Shown here one piece after another: positions 1-9,429 of a stretch of DNA of 64,000 nucleotides (position 1 is the first letter of the stretch; every line of letters begins with the position of its first letter). The translations under genes were made by a program, and so were the position numbers. The notes under the pieces were generated by a model. It saw only the letters and a list, made by a program, of their open reading frames with translations. It was not told the DNA's origin and made no database searches. The stretch covers positions 1 to 64,000 of the forward strand of contig JAAFKI010000010.1 in assembly GCA_021399345.1 (NCBI GenBank). Reading direction: 5' to 3'. Origin of the DNA: Candidatus Heimdallarchaeota archaeon (GTDB taxonomy: Archaea > Asgardarchaeota > Heimdallarchaeia > Heimdallarchaeales > Heimdallarchaeaceae).

Positions 1-2
1 AA

Positions 3-401
3 CAAAAGGTAATAAGCATTCCAATTTCAGATAGATTTAGTACTCTTCAAAATGAAATTGATTCTACCTACATGATGCTAGATATTCTGTCAAACCCTAA
101 AGAATACAACGCAGAATATAGTGTGATAAAGTTTAACAAATTATTAGATAATCTTACTAAAGATTCCTCAATCTTTTATCTTACATCTGAAGGTTTATCC
201 ATTGATAAACAAAAGGTACTTACTCAAACCGATCTTTCTTTGTGCTTTATTTTAGGTAGTCAGCACGACTTGTCTGATGAACAGAAAAAAGCGTTATTTG
301 AAATTAAACATATTCCGGTTAGTTTGGGAGAAAAGGATTATCTTGCATCACATGTGATAACTATTGTGTGCAATCAATTATCTTCTTTAGATGATAATTA
401 G
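3..401 (+). CDS. trmY: SPOUT methyltransferase, TrmY-like tRNA pseudouridine-54 N1-methyltransferase (5'-truncated by window edge)
   Basis: Frame is open from base 3; C-terminal SPOUT knot motifs FILGSQHDL and VSLGEKDYLASHVITIV resemble TrmY. Confidence 0.6.
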   Translation, partial: QKVISIPISDRFSTLQNEIDSTYMMLDILSNPKEYNAEYSVIKFNKLLDNLTKDSSIFYLTSEGLSIDKQKVLTQTDLSLCFILGSQHDLSDEQKKALFEIKHIPVSLGEKDYLASHVITIVCNQLSSLDDN

Positions 402-456
402 TTTGAAGTGCTCATTTAATAAAATTTTAATGTTATACTCTTCATTTAATATTAAG

Positions 457-690
457 ATGAGTGAAAAAGAATCCCCTGTTGTTACAAAGAAAATGTTGTT
501 TTTAGGATTTGCATCTCCTTTTATTTTTAGTATTGGTGGAATGGCTATTGCTTATTTTGCAACCAAAAATCTCTCTAGTAAAATACGTAGTATATCACTC
601 ATTGTGGCAACTTTTCTTGGACTCCTAATATCAATAGGTGTTATTTTTTTGATGCAATGGCATATTAACAGAAAAATTGAGCAGAAATAA
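457..690 (+). CDS. Small two-TM membrane protein
   Basis: ATG at 457 (MSEKESP...); two hydrophobic helices and a basic tail. Confidence 0.6.
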   Translation: MSEKESPVVTKKMLFLGFASPFIFSIGGMAIAYFATKNLSSKIRSISLIVATFLGLLISIGVIFLMQWHINRKIEQK

Positions 691-896
691 TTCACATTTA
701 TTTGGTCGATTTTCAGGTTTACATAAGGTAACAAAGGTTTCTAATGACAATAGATTGGTTCTAAGATTTAGAATGAAAGTTTAAACAATTTTTGGGGTAG
801 CATATTGAGCTATTTTTTCTCCGTTTTACTTCGCTAGTAAATCACAAATTTTTTAATAAGCAACCGATAGTTCGAATAATAAAGCATTGAGGGTCA

Positions 897-2225
897 ATGA
901 TGAGCACAAAACGAAGAAAAATATTGATTATGGGCGCAGCAGGAAGGGATTTTCATAATTTTAACACATATTATCGTACTAATGAATCTTATGAAGTTGT
1001 AGCTTTTACTGCTACACAAATCCCAGATATTGTTGATCGTAAATATCCTGCTGAACTCTCTGGAGAATTATATCCAAATGGTATTCCCATTTATGATGAA
1101 AGTGAACTCGTAGAAATTATCAAGAAATATGATGTAGACGAGGTAGTTTTCTCATATTCTGATGTTACACATGAATATGTTATGCACAAAGCATCACTTG
1201 TAAACGCATGTGGAGCAGCTTTTTCTCTTTTAGGTACTAAAGGTACAATGATTAAGAGCACTAAACCCTTAATCAGTGTATGTGCTGTTAGAACTGGAAG
1301 CGGTAAATCCCAAACTTCCCGTAAAATTGTTCAACTTTTACATGATGCTGGAAAGAAAATTGTAGCTATTCGTCATCCAATGCCATATGGTGATCTTGTT
1401 AAACAAGCTGTTCAAAGATTTGCTGAATATTCAGATTTAGATAAACATGAAACAACTATTGAAGAAAGAGAAGAATATGAACCCTATATTGACAAAGGTT
1501 TAGTGATATACTCTGGTGTGGACTATGAGGCTATTTTAAGAGAAGCTGAAAAGGAAGCAGATGTCATTCTCTGGGATGGTGGTAATAATGATTTTTCATT
1601 CTATCAACCTGATTTACAAATAGTTATAGCTGACCCACACAGGGTGGGACATGAGACCTCATATCATCCAGGAGAAACAACTCTCAACCTAGCAGATGTT
1701 GTAGTTGTCAATAAAATAACTACAACTGATTACAAGAATGTTATGGAACTTGAGGAGAATATCCGAAAAGCTAATCCTAATGCAGTCATAATTGAAGCTG
1801 CTTCCCCTATTTTTGTAGATAACCCCGAGTTAGTTAAAGGAAAAAGAGTCTTAGTTATAGAAGATGGACCAACATTAACTCATGGTGAAATGAAATATGG
1901 TGCTGGTGTTGTTGCAGCTAGGAGATTTGGTGCAAAGGAACTTGTTGATCCTCGCCCCTATTTAGTTGGAAGTATGAAAGAGACTTTTGATAAATATCCA
2001 GAAATAGGTACTCTTCTTCCAGCTATGGGTTATTTTGAACAGCAGCTTAAGGATCTAGAAGAAACTATCAATAATACAGATTGTGATGTGGTTATTTCAG
2101 CAACTCCAATAGATATAACTCGACTAGTTAAAGTCAATAAACCAATAGTTAGGGTAAGATATGAACTTGAGGAAATTGGCTATCCAAAATTAGAAGATAT
2201 TTTAAAAGAGAAAAACTTCCTTTGA
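897..2225 (+). CDS. COG2403 P-loop protein (cDPG-synthetase-like family; probable arginine synthetase ArcE type)
   Basis: IMGAAGRDFHNFN N-terminus, RTGSGKSQT P-loop, RHPMPYG, WDGGNND and EDGPTLTHG motifs. Confidence 0.8.
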   Translation: MMSTKRRKILIMGAAGRDFHNFNTYYRTNESYEVVAFTATQIPDIVDRKYPAELSGELYPNGIPIYDESELVEIIKKYDVDEVVFSYSDVTHEYVMHKASLVNACGAAFSLLGTKGTMIKSTKPLISVCAVRTGSGKSQTSRKIVQLLHDAGKKIVAIRHPMPYGDLVKQAVQRFAEYSDLDKHETTIEEREEYEPYIDKGLVIYSGVDYEAILREAEKEADVILWDGGNNDFSFYQPDLQIVIADPHRVGHETSYHPGETTLNLADVVVVNKITTTDYKNVMELEENIRKANPNAVIIEAASPIFVDNPELVKGKRVLVIEDGPTLTHGEMKYGAGVVAARRFGAKELVDPRPYLVGSMKETFDKYPEIGTLLPAMGYFEQQLKDLEETINNTDCDVVISATPIDITRLVKVNKPIVRVRYELEEIGYPKLEDILKEKNFL

Positions 2226-2254
2226 TTTTTCTTTTTACATCTTCTCCTTTTTTT
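2226..2254 (+). terminator. U-rich archaeal terminator tract
   Basis: T/C-rich run directly after the stop codon. Confidence 0.4.
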
Positions 2255-2422
2255 AATCAAACTTCTTCGAAACATTTGTTACATTCCTAATAAGATGCCT
2301 TCTATCGAGAAAGTAGGCTATTAAATTAATTGGAAGCAGTACTCATAATATGTGTGGAAAGAAAATTTTAGCATCTTTTCTACTAGAAAAATATATTTTT
2401 ATTCTCATATTCCTTTCTTTGT

Positions 2423-3232
2423 TTGGATTTTATGACGGCATCTACTGAAAATGAACTCATTACTGATGGATCTGATGTTTTAATTGTTCTAGATAGTAGA
2501 AAGAGATGGCTAGCTAAAGCAATTAGTGGTCAACAGTTTCATTGTCACAAAGGTTTTTTTGATTTTGACCAGATTATTGGAAAACCATTTGGAATAGATG
2601 TAACCACAAACAAATCAATCAGTTTAACCATCTATAATCCAATACCTAGTGATTTTCTTAAGCAGATTCCACATAGTTCTCAAATAATCTATACAAAAGA
2701 TGCTGGTTCGATCTTATTAAATGGTGGAATAAAACCTGGATGTAGAGTAATTGAAGCAGGCACTGGAAGTGGAGCTTTAACATCAATACTAGCAACATAT
2801 GTAGGTCCGGCAGGACATGTTTATACTTATGAGAATAGAGAGGATGCATTCAATACAGCTAAGAAAAATCTTTCGAGAATTGGGGTTGAATCATATGTAT
2901 CAATTAAGCTTAAAGATGTTTCAACTGGGTTTGATGAAAAGAATGTTGATGCCATAGTTCTTGATTTAGGTGATCCTTGTACAGTGATTCCACATGCATT
3001 TGACTCTTTGAAATATGGTGGGATAATTACAGTCTTTTTACCAACATATAATCAAATTGAGAAAGTATTTACCAAATTTCTAGAATTTAGTTTTGGTGAT
3101 ATACAAGCTCTTGAACTGATTCGAAGAGATATTCAACTTAAAGAAAATGCTATCCGACCTAATACCAGAATGATTGGACATACTGGTTTTTTGATTTTTG
3201 CACGAAAATTGTATAAGGAAGTAGATGGATGA
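2423..3232 (+). CDS. trmI: tRNA (adenine-57/58-N1)-methyltransferase
   Basis: QIIYTKD, EAGTGSGALT, DAIVLDL and IRP...MIGHTGFL motifs. Confidence 0.93.
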   Translation: MDFMTASTENELITDGSDVLIVLDSRKRWLAKAISGQQFHCHKGFFDFDQIIGKPFGIDVTTNKSISLTIYNPIPSDFLKQIPHSSQIIYTKDAGSILLNGGIKPGCRVIEAGTGSGALTSILATYVGPAGHVYTYENREDAFNTAKKNLSRIGVESYVSIKLKDVSTGFDEKNVDAIVLDLGDPCTVIPHAFDSLKYGGIITVFLPTYNQIEKVFTKFLEFSFGDIQALELIRRDIQLKENAIRPNTRMIGHTGFLIFARKLYKEVDG

Positions 3233-3699
3233 GAATTCTTTTTCGATGCCATAATTGTGAGACAATCAATGAAATACCAGATAATTACAGACACAGATTC
3301 TGTAATAATTGTAATAAAATCATCACTTACACTTCTGGAGAAGCTATAATCTGTAATAAGTCATCACACGACTGTGATGCTTTTCTTAAAGCTGGAAATC
3401 TAAATTCAGACTTAGCAGAGAAATTCTTTTCTATAGCTGATTCCCATATTGAGTTAATTTCCAATTTAATAGAAAGTTATGTACAAAAACAAGTTGAGCT
3501 CCCCGACATACCTTCAGCATCGCTATCTGATACTATTTTGCATTTGGTAAGGGGGAATGTTTCAGGAACTTTAGATGACTTGATCAGAAGTAGTGACTTA
3601 TTTAATATTGGGTTAAACAAGCTAGAAAAAATTCTTTTACAAATGATAAAAGAAGGTTTGGTTTACCTTCCTAAAAGTTGGTTATTAAATCTAACTTAA
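3229..3699 (+). CDS. Zn-ribbon (DUF1922-like) plus C-terminal winged-helix protein
   Basis: FRCHNC...FCNNC; C-terminal LLQMIKEGLVYLP wHTH; ATGA overlap with trmI. Confidence 0.6.
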   Translation: MRILFRCHNCETINEIPDNYRHRFCNNCNKIITYTSGEAIICNKSSHDCDAFLKAGNLNSDLAEKFFSIADSHIELISNLIESYVQKQVELPDIPSASLSDTILHLVRGNVSGTLDDLIRSSDLFNIGLNKLEKILLQMIKEGLVYLPKSWLLNLT

Positions 3700-3710
3700 A
3701 TTTAACTCAA

Positions 3711-4316
3711 CTAATATCTTCTCTTTGTTAATTTCTCCTTTAACCAACCATAAATAATTACAATCACAACAATTCCTACACCGGCAGCAAAAGCTAAACC
3801 AATACCTAAAATTATGTTTGAAGGTCCACCGAAATCAACAACAGATACGGTAATATTTTCAGCAGCTATGTAATCTACAGCACTAGGTCCAAAGGTTGCA
3901 TGTGGGTGATAGGTATCAAGGGCTGTGAAGTATATTGATACATTATAATCCGCTTCTGGGCTTGTAATTTCTTCTCTAAAAGTGCCTGTTAAACTAGCTC
4001 CAGGTTCAAGAGTTCTGTGATCAAAATCATAATTTATACTGTAAGTTACGTTGAATTTGTCATTTCCACCTAAATGAATAAAATCAACATTAAAGGATAT
4101 TACTTCAATCTCTAAATCACCAAAGTTAACAATAGTTGCTTGAATGGTAACCCTAGTGTTTCTAGTAATATATGTTTCAGACATGCGTCCATTAAACGCA
4201 CCAATATATTGGTCTGTTTGTGCTCTTGCAACGTTTGAATACGGATGTAACATAAATATAGCCAATAAAAGAAACACACTTGTTTTTGCCCAGAATTTTT
4301 TGCTCATAGATATCAA
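3711..4316 (-). CDS. Secreted Ig-like/CARDB-like protein with C-terminal TM anchor
   Basis: Signal peptide, beta-rich domain (ATIVNFG...LEPG), N-X-S/T sequons, TM helix and basic tail. Confidence 0.65.
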   Translation of the reverse strand: MISMSKKFWAKTSVFLLLAIFMLHPYSNVARAQTDQYIGAFNGRMSETYITRNTRVTIQATIVNFGDLEIEVISFNVDFIHLGGNDKFNVTYSINYDFDHRTLEPGASLTGTFREEITSPEADYNVSIYFTALDTYHPHATFGPSAVDYIAAENITVSVVDFGGPSNIILGIGLAFAAGVGIVVIVIIYGWLKEKLTKRRY

Positions 4317-4945
4317 CCTTCTTGTGTAAGTAATAATGAGAGTTCTCTTTTTAACCCATCTAAAGACCTTTCAATTCTCTTCTCATAAGTATTGTTAATG
4401 CTGATTTTTCCATCAGTGGACTCTATCTTTACTCCACCCATTGATTTGATAAAATCTTTTGACAGGTTAAATTTCACATTAAGTTCTTTGTTTGTGATTT
4501 GTTTAGAAACATTGTCAAAAAACTGTTTAGAGAATATATCTTTGTCTTCTTTTCTACATAAAACAGTAATTTCAGGTTGTTTAAGAGTCAAAATAGCTTC
4601 TAAAACCAATTTTTCAAGACTTTTTTCATACTCTTTGGTACCTGTGAAAGCAATTATTTTCTTTTTTGCTTTTTCTATGAGACCATAGACCAAATCGTCT
4701 CTATATTTTGTAATTTGAAGTTTAAGATCAAGTTCTTTCTTTGCTTTCTTTTTTGAAAATTCAGAATCAGCTCTGATTTTTGCTTCTTCTACAATCTTTT
4801 CTTGAATTGCTTTGATTTTTCCTTCTGTTTCTTTGTTGACAGAAGCAATTGTTTTTTTCTGATCAGCTAAGATTTCCTTTATTATCTTCTCAGTATTTTC
4901 TTCAATCTTTATAGTTATTTCTGAATCATTATGTTTGCTGCTCAT
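4313..4945 (-). CDS. atpE: A/V-type ATP synthase subunit E
   Basis: Long charged N-terminal helix; C-terminal GGVKIESTDGKISINNTYEKR; likely ATG at 4945 (ORF extends to 4987). Confidence 0.85.
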   Translation of the reverse strand: MSSKHNDSEITIKIEENTEKIIKEILADQKKTIASVNKETEGKIKAIQEKIVEEAKIRADSEFSKKKAKKELDLKLQITKYRDDLVYGLIEKAKKKIIAFTGTKEYEKSLEKLVLEAILTLKQPEITVLCRKEDKDIFSKQFFDNVSKQITNKELNVKFNLSKDFIKSMGGVKIESTDGKISINNTYEKRIERSLDGLKRELSLLLTQEG

Positions 4946-5048
4946 TGGAACCCTCTCAAAGCTGGGGGGAATTAATAAGGACTTCATAAGTCGGCATATA
5001 AAAATTTTGGTTAGGAATTAATTATTAATTCCTTAATTCAACGAGTAA

Positions 5049-6101
5049 TTACTCAAACAATGCTTCATCTGTAGCATATTTATACGCTACAATGAAGAGC
5101 GCAAAGAATATACAAGCTGACAATGCAACAATTATTGTGATTGCTATTTCAGGTCTTGCCATATATTTAACAAAGAAGTTTACAGCAATGAAGAGAATAA
5201 CCATTATTCTTCCACCTGAACCAGTTTCTTTCATCATTTGCTTTCTCCAGCGCACAAATGTTTCGAATACACTTAGTGCAACAGCTATAATATTGATGAT
5301 GAATATTGAAAGACCATTCAATGACCATTTATCAACAAAAGCAAAGAGTGCTAAGATCCCTCCAAACAAGAACAACTTAATAATTAAACCAATTCTATCA
5401 GCAATTTCCTTCTTATAGGATACTTGTGAGGCTCCCTCTCTAAGAAGCATCAGAAAATTACCTATAGCAATCGCGCAAGCTAAGCATAAAACCACTCCAT
5501 AGAAAATTGGCGCGTAACCTGTCCAAATATCCCAGATTGGTACGAACACTTGTGAATATTCCACAAAGAAAGCAATTGTTATCATCAAAGGAATGGCAGC
5601 TAGAAATAATCCTGGTATGACAACTAGAAAGGTAGGTACATTCTTTTTAACTCCAAATGCATATAATATTAGTTTGACCGCAAAAAACGCCCCAAATACA
5701 GATATTAAAGGAGCTCCAATTGGTAATATTAAGAAGAACAAACAGAAAATCGCATTAACCATGTAAAAGATTTTTGTATCGATTCTTACTTTTCCTAAAG
5801 CCCTCCACATGAGCTCGTATGAACTAGCAACTCGTGTTGCTTTAACTAAAGAAACAAGTGAAAACGGTAGTGCAAAAATTAGCGGAGCTATACCTCGTAA
5901 TATAACTGCTTCTGGTGTCCCTGATAAAGGATTGGTTCCCCAGAAAAAGAAGCCATCTAGAGTTACACTTTTCATCGGTTCTGTATTCATCCAAACATAG
6001 AAGTATGCTGGAAATATGAAAATTTGAAGTAAAACAATTAATCTATTTACCATCAATCCTTTAAGCTCAACCATCAACGCACCTTGGAAAAAAAAGGCCA
6101 T
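5049..6101 (-). CDS. Polytopic membrane protein, unknown function
   Basis: About 10 hydrophobic segments in 350 aa. Confidence 0.7.
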   Translation of the reverse strand: MAFFFQGALMVELKGLMVNRLIVLLQIFIFPAYFYVWMNTEPMKSVTLDGFFFWGTNPLSGTPEAVILRGIAPLIFALPFSLVSLVKATRVASSYELMWRALGKVRIDTKIFYMVNAIFCLFFLILPIGAPLISVFGAFFAVKLILYAFGVKKNVPTFLVVIPGLFLAAIPLMITIAFFVEYSQVFVPIWDIWTGYAPIFYGVVLCLACAIAIGNFLMLLREGASQVSYKKEIADRIGLIIKLFLFGGILALFAFVDKWSLNGLSIFIINIIAVALSVFETFVRWRKQMMKETGSGGRIMVILFIAVNFFVKYMARPEIAITIIVALSACIFFALFIVAYKYATDEALFE

Positions 6102-6172
6102 CCAGATAAAAAAACGTTTCCTTTCCCCGCCAACAACTAAACTTTATTAAGTTAAATCTTAGTATGATTTAA

Positions 6173-7387
6173 ATGAAGGTTATGAGTGAAAGGGACATTT
6201 CCATAGAAGAACTTCTGAAGAAGTACAGCATTCAACCCCACGATTTAGAGTATATTCTTAATTTCATGAAAAAAGAAAATATTTCTCCTCAATTAGCAAT
6301 GCGTAGAATTAAACTTTTTGAAAAACTTCAAGAAAAAATGTCTCAAACACAATCAGATGAAAAAGTTCGTGAACTGACAACAGAATTAGATCATCTATCT
6401 AAATTAGTTGAAGACTTGCAAAAAGAGAAGGTAGATCTAGATAAAGAAATAGAAGATACACGATTACAACAGGATTTGTTTAACGCTGAAAGAGAAGAAC
6501 TTCAAATGCAGATGCATGCTCTGATGGGTTCAATTGAATCGATTGAAACTGAAGCTGAAAAAGGAGAAGAAAAACTGCAAGAAGAAAACCAAGAGCTTAG
6601 AAAAAAACTTAGTCTTATGACAGCTGGAAGTCAAACCCTGAAAGAAAAAATACTAAAACTTGGGGCAGAAACGCCCTCTCTAAAACCATTAGTTGAACCA
6701 ATTGACATAGGTTTAGATGCAATCATTAATGCAAGGCAGATTCCTCACATAACATTGTCTGTTCCAAAGGGTGCTTTTACAGCTTCCTCAAAGGTTGCAT
6801 CTACTGCATCTACCGGTTCAATGCCTTCACCCAAAGCAGCAGATACAATTTCTCCTGATCAGATAAAATTCGCTACCCCCTCTTCAGTTTCTGAAAAGAA
6901 GGAATCTGCACCAATTAGAGAAGAACCTCAAAAAGAATCTATGCTTTCACAATCAGCAAGCTCGTCAAGACCTATTATTAAAGAAAACATTTTTGATGAA
7001 TCACAAGAAGTTGAAAAACCCTCTACTACACCGGCTCCAAAAGCTGAACCAACACCTCCCGCAAAACCTGAGCCCAAACCAAAACCTAGAGAGGAATCTA
7101 GACCTGCTAAAATAGATGTTACCACAAAACCTGTTACTGATGAATCAGCTGTTTCTTCAAAGATCGAAAAAATATTGAAATTGTTCATGTCTTATGCACA
7201 ACAAGCAGATACCGATGAGAATTGGAAAGCCAGAATCGCTGCAATATGTGATATGGACGAGGCTTATATTGAACTTGGCGGGTTAGCAATGTCACAGATT
7301 TATGCATATCAAACTCAATCTATAAAGAAGAAAAAGGAGTTCGAGAGACTCATAAATTCATGGATTGAAAATGGCATTCCTCGATAA
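6173..7387 (+). CDS. Coiled-coil protein with Pro/Ser/Thr-rich linker and small C-terminal helical domain
   Basis: Heptad-rich residues ~50-165; low-complexity region PAPKAEPTPPAKPEPKPKP. Confidence 0.75.
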   Translation: MKVMSERDISIEELLKKYSIQPHDLEYILNFMKKENISPQLAMRRIKLFEKLQEKMSQTQSDEKVRELTTELDHLSKLVEDLQKEKVDLDKEIEDTRLQQDLFNAEREELQMQMHALMGSIESIETEAEKGEEKLQEENQELRKKLSLMTAGSQTLKEKILKLGAETPSLKPLVEPIDIGLDAIINARQIPHITLSVPKGAFTASSKVASTASTGSMPSPKAADTISPDQIKFATPSSVSEKKESAPIREEPQKESMLSQSASSSRPIIKENIFDESQEVEKPSTTPAPKAEPTPPAKPEPKPKPREESRPAKIDVTTKPVTDESAVSSKIEKILKLFMSYAQQADTDENWKARIAAICDMDEAYIELGGLAMSQIYAYQTQSIKKKKEFERLINSWIENGIPR

Positions 7388-7500
7388 TCTCTTTCAAATA
7401 TTCCAAAATCCCTTTTAGTTCTAAACATTATATTGTAATGAACAATTGTTAAGCTTTCAACAGAAAAGATAAAAAGTATAATAAAAAGAAAATTAGTATG

Positions 7501-7593
7501 GGATCAGTAGTCTAGTGGATAAGGCACCAGCCTTCGGAAGTTTAAACTGGAGACAGCTGGAGGTCGCAGGTTCGAATCCTGCCTGATCCGCCA
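7501..7593 (+). tRNA. tRNA-Arg(TCG) with 17-nt intron at 37/38 (7538-7554) and encoded CCA
   Basis: GGATCAG/CTGATCC acceptor stem, CCAGC/GCTGG anticodon stem, GCAGG-TTCGAAT-CCTGC T arm, canonical BHB (CTTC/GGAG). Confidence 0.95.
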
Positions 7594-7649
7594 CTATAAA
7601 CTTAAACATGTTTAATTAAAAATATGTAATAACTTTCCTAGGGTTTAAT

Positions 7650-8402
7650 ATGAAAAATAGCAAAGTCAATAAAATTTTGATATTCTCTCTGTGTGTAATT
7701 CTTCTTTATGTGCTTACTTTTTTCAGTTTAACATCAATTGCAACAAATACTGAATTTGGTGTAGGTGATTTGCTTACTTATGAAGTTCTAGAATCAAGTG
7801 GTACTGAGAATGTATTTTATGGAACTTGGCCTCCAGGTACATATTTTGGGAACTGGTCAGTTGTTCCTAACGATCAAATTAGATATAATATAACATCGAT
7901 TACTGAAACTGATATCAATGGAACTTTATTTCTTGGAAATGCTTTGACAAACAGTTCCTTTTATAATGTTAGGAATGTTGATTTAGCATTTGGTTTAACT
8001 ATTGGGATTTACCCCTGGAATGGCGGTTTCTATGCCAATTCATCTGACTGGGAAAACATTGAAACACAAATTCAGCAAACTAATACGACTATCGATGAGA
8101 TAAATAATTTTGAACAGATTATTAATGGAGAAAATGAGGTTTATGAAGTTGTTCTATTTCAAACTAGTGATTACTATGGACAGTTTTCAACTTTATACTA
8201 TCATCATTCTACAGGAGTTTTACTCAAAGCACATACATCATATGGATTATATGAACTATCTATAGAACTAATTTCAACTAACTTAGAAATTGAAAGTCAG
8301 ACTAAGACCGTCTTTATGGATTTATCTTCCCTATTAGTGATATTTCCTCTAATATCCCTTTTTAGAATTATGAAGAAGAGGTCTAACAAAAGGAAAAGAT
8401 GA
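7650..8402 (+). CDS. Secreted surface (glyco)protein with C-terminal hydrophobic helix and basic tail
   Basis: Signal peptide; sequons NWS, NIT, NGT, NSS, NTT; ends ...LLVIFPLISLFRIMKKRSNKRKR. Confidence 0.75.
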   Translation: MKNSKVNKILIFSLCVILLYVLTFFSLTSIATNTEFGVGDLLTYEVLESSGTENVFYGTWPPGTYFGNWSVVPNDQIRYNITSITETDINGTLFLGNALTNSSFYNVRNVDLAFGLTIGIYPWNGGFYANSSDWENIETQIQQTNTTIDEINNFEQIINGENEVYEVVLFQTSDYYGQFSTLYYHHSTGVLLKAHTSYGLYELSIELISTNLEIESQTKTVFMDLSSLLVIFPLISLFRIMKKRSNKRKR

Positions 8403-8501
8403 TTTTTTATACTTCAATTTTCCATTACATTTAACACAAAAGTTTTCATCAACTAGCCACAATAGATATTAAACCTAAACCAGCATAAAGATTTGAGCAA
8501 C

Positions 8502-9326
8502 ATGAGTGAAAGCACACAAAAATGTCCAAGCTGTTCTGAGACTGTTCCACTAGAATACTCTGTTTGCCCGTTTTGTGGTTTTGGACTTCTGGAGTATGAA
8601 CTGAAGAAATTTTCTTTCAAACCCTCATTAAGAGAAGTTTTCATACGATTGTATGCCTATTTTAGACATCCATTTAAAACCAGTGAAGAAATCGCAATTG
8701 CTACTGAAAAAAAAGGTGGTAATATCATTTTATTCCTATTTTCGCTGTTTCTCTCTTTGCGATATTATATGGTTATGGTAAAATCAGGAGTTGTATACTC
8801 AACATTTTTCGAAATTGGACCCGGCGGTGAAAAGTGGTCAATAACAATACCAATGGGATTCATTTTGTTTTTAGTTACTTTGGTTATAATGCCGTTAGTA
8901 GTTTGGTTGATGTACAAAATATTCCTACTTATTGCAACTTGGTTAATGGCAAAATTTGCAGCAATACTTGGCTCCGAGGCAACAACAAAACAATTTAGAT
9001 CGATAATTGGTTATTCACTTGCAGCTATTACTGTAGGAGAATTTCTTGGTATATTTTTCACGTTAATGGGGCCATCTGGGGGTTTAGGGAGTTCAAGCTC
9101 TGTAGATTTTATAGATTTTGCCGGTTATATAAATAACTTGTATGGTTCTCCAGCTATGTGGATATTTAAGGGAATAATGGTAGTCTTGTGGCTTGTATTT
9201 ATTATCTATTCCTCTATATCATTAAGAATCATAGGAAAAATGGCTTGGGTTAATGCTTTTGTTGCAATAGCAATGCCAGTAGCGCTTTTTGTATTCTTCT
9301 TCTACTTTTCAGGAGTGTTAACATAG
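8502..9326 (+). CDS. Zn-ribbon plus Yip1-like membrane protein
   Basis: CPSC...CPFCG; RHPFKTSEEI amphipathic segment; about 5 TM with the FRSIIGYSLA Yip1-like motif. Confidence 0.7.
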   Translation: MSESTQKCPSCSETVPLEYSVCPFCGFGLLEYELKKFSFKPSLREVFIRLYAYFRHPFKTSEEIAIATEKKGGNIILFLFSLFLSLRYYMVMVKSGVVYSTFFEIGPGGEKWSITIPMGFILFLVTLVIMPLVVWLMYKIFLLIATWLMAKFAAILGSEATTKQFRSIIGYSLAAITVGEFLGIFFTLMGPSGGLGSSSSVDFIDFAGYINNLYGSPAMWIFKGIMVVLWLVFIIYSSISLRIIGKMAWVNAFVAIAMPVALFVFFFYFSGVLT

Positions 9327-9429
9327 CAGTTTCTTCAGTCTCCTTTCTTTCATTTTTTGTTTTAAAATTTCTTCAACTAATTAGAAATTCTTTTGAAATG
9401 TCACAAATAACATATATTAGGGGAATTAA

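Noticed and set aside
391-456. Upstream start for the small membrane protein
   Set aside because: It overlaps trmY and spans promoter-like AT sequence; ATG 457 is more plausible
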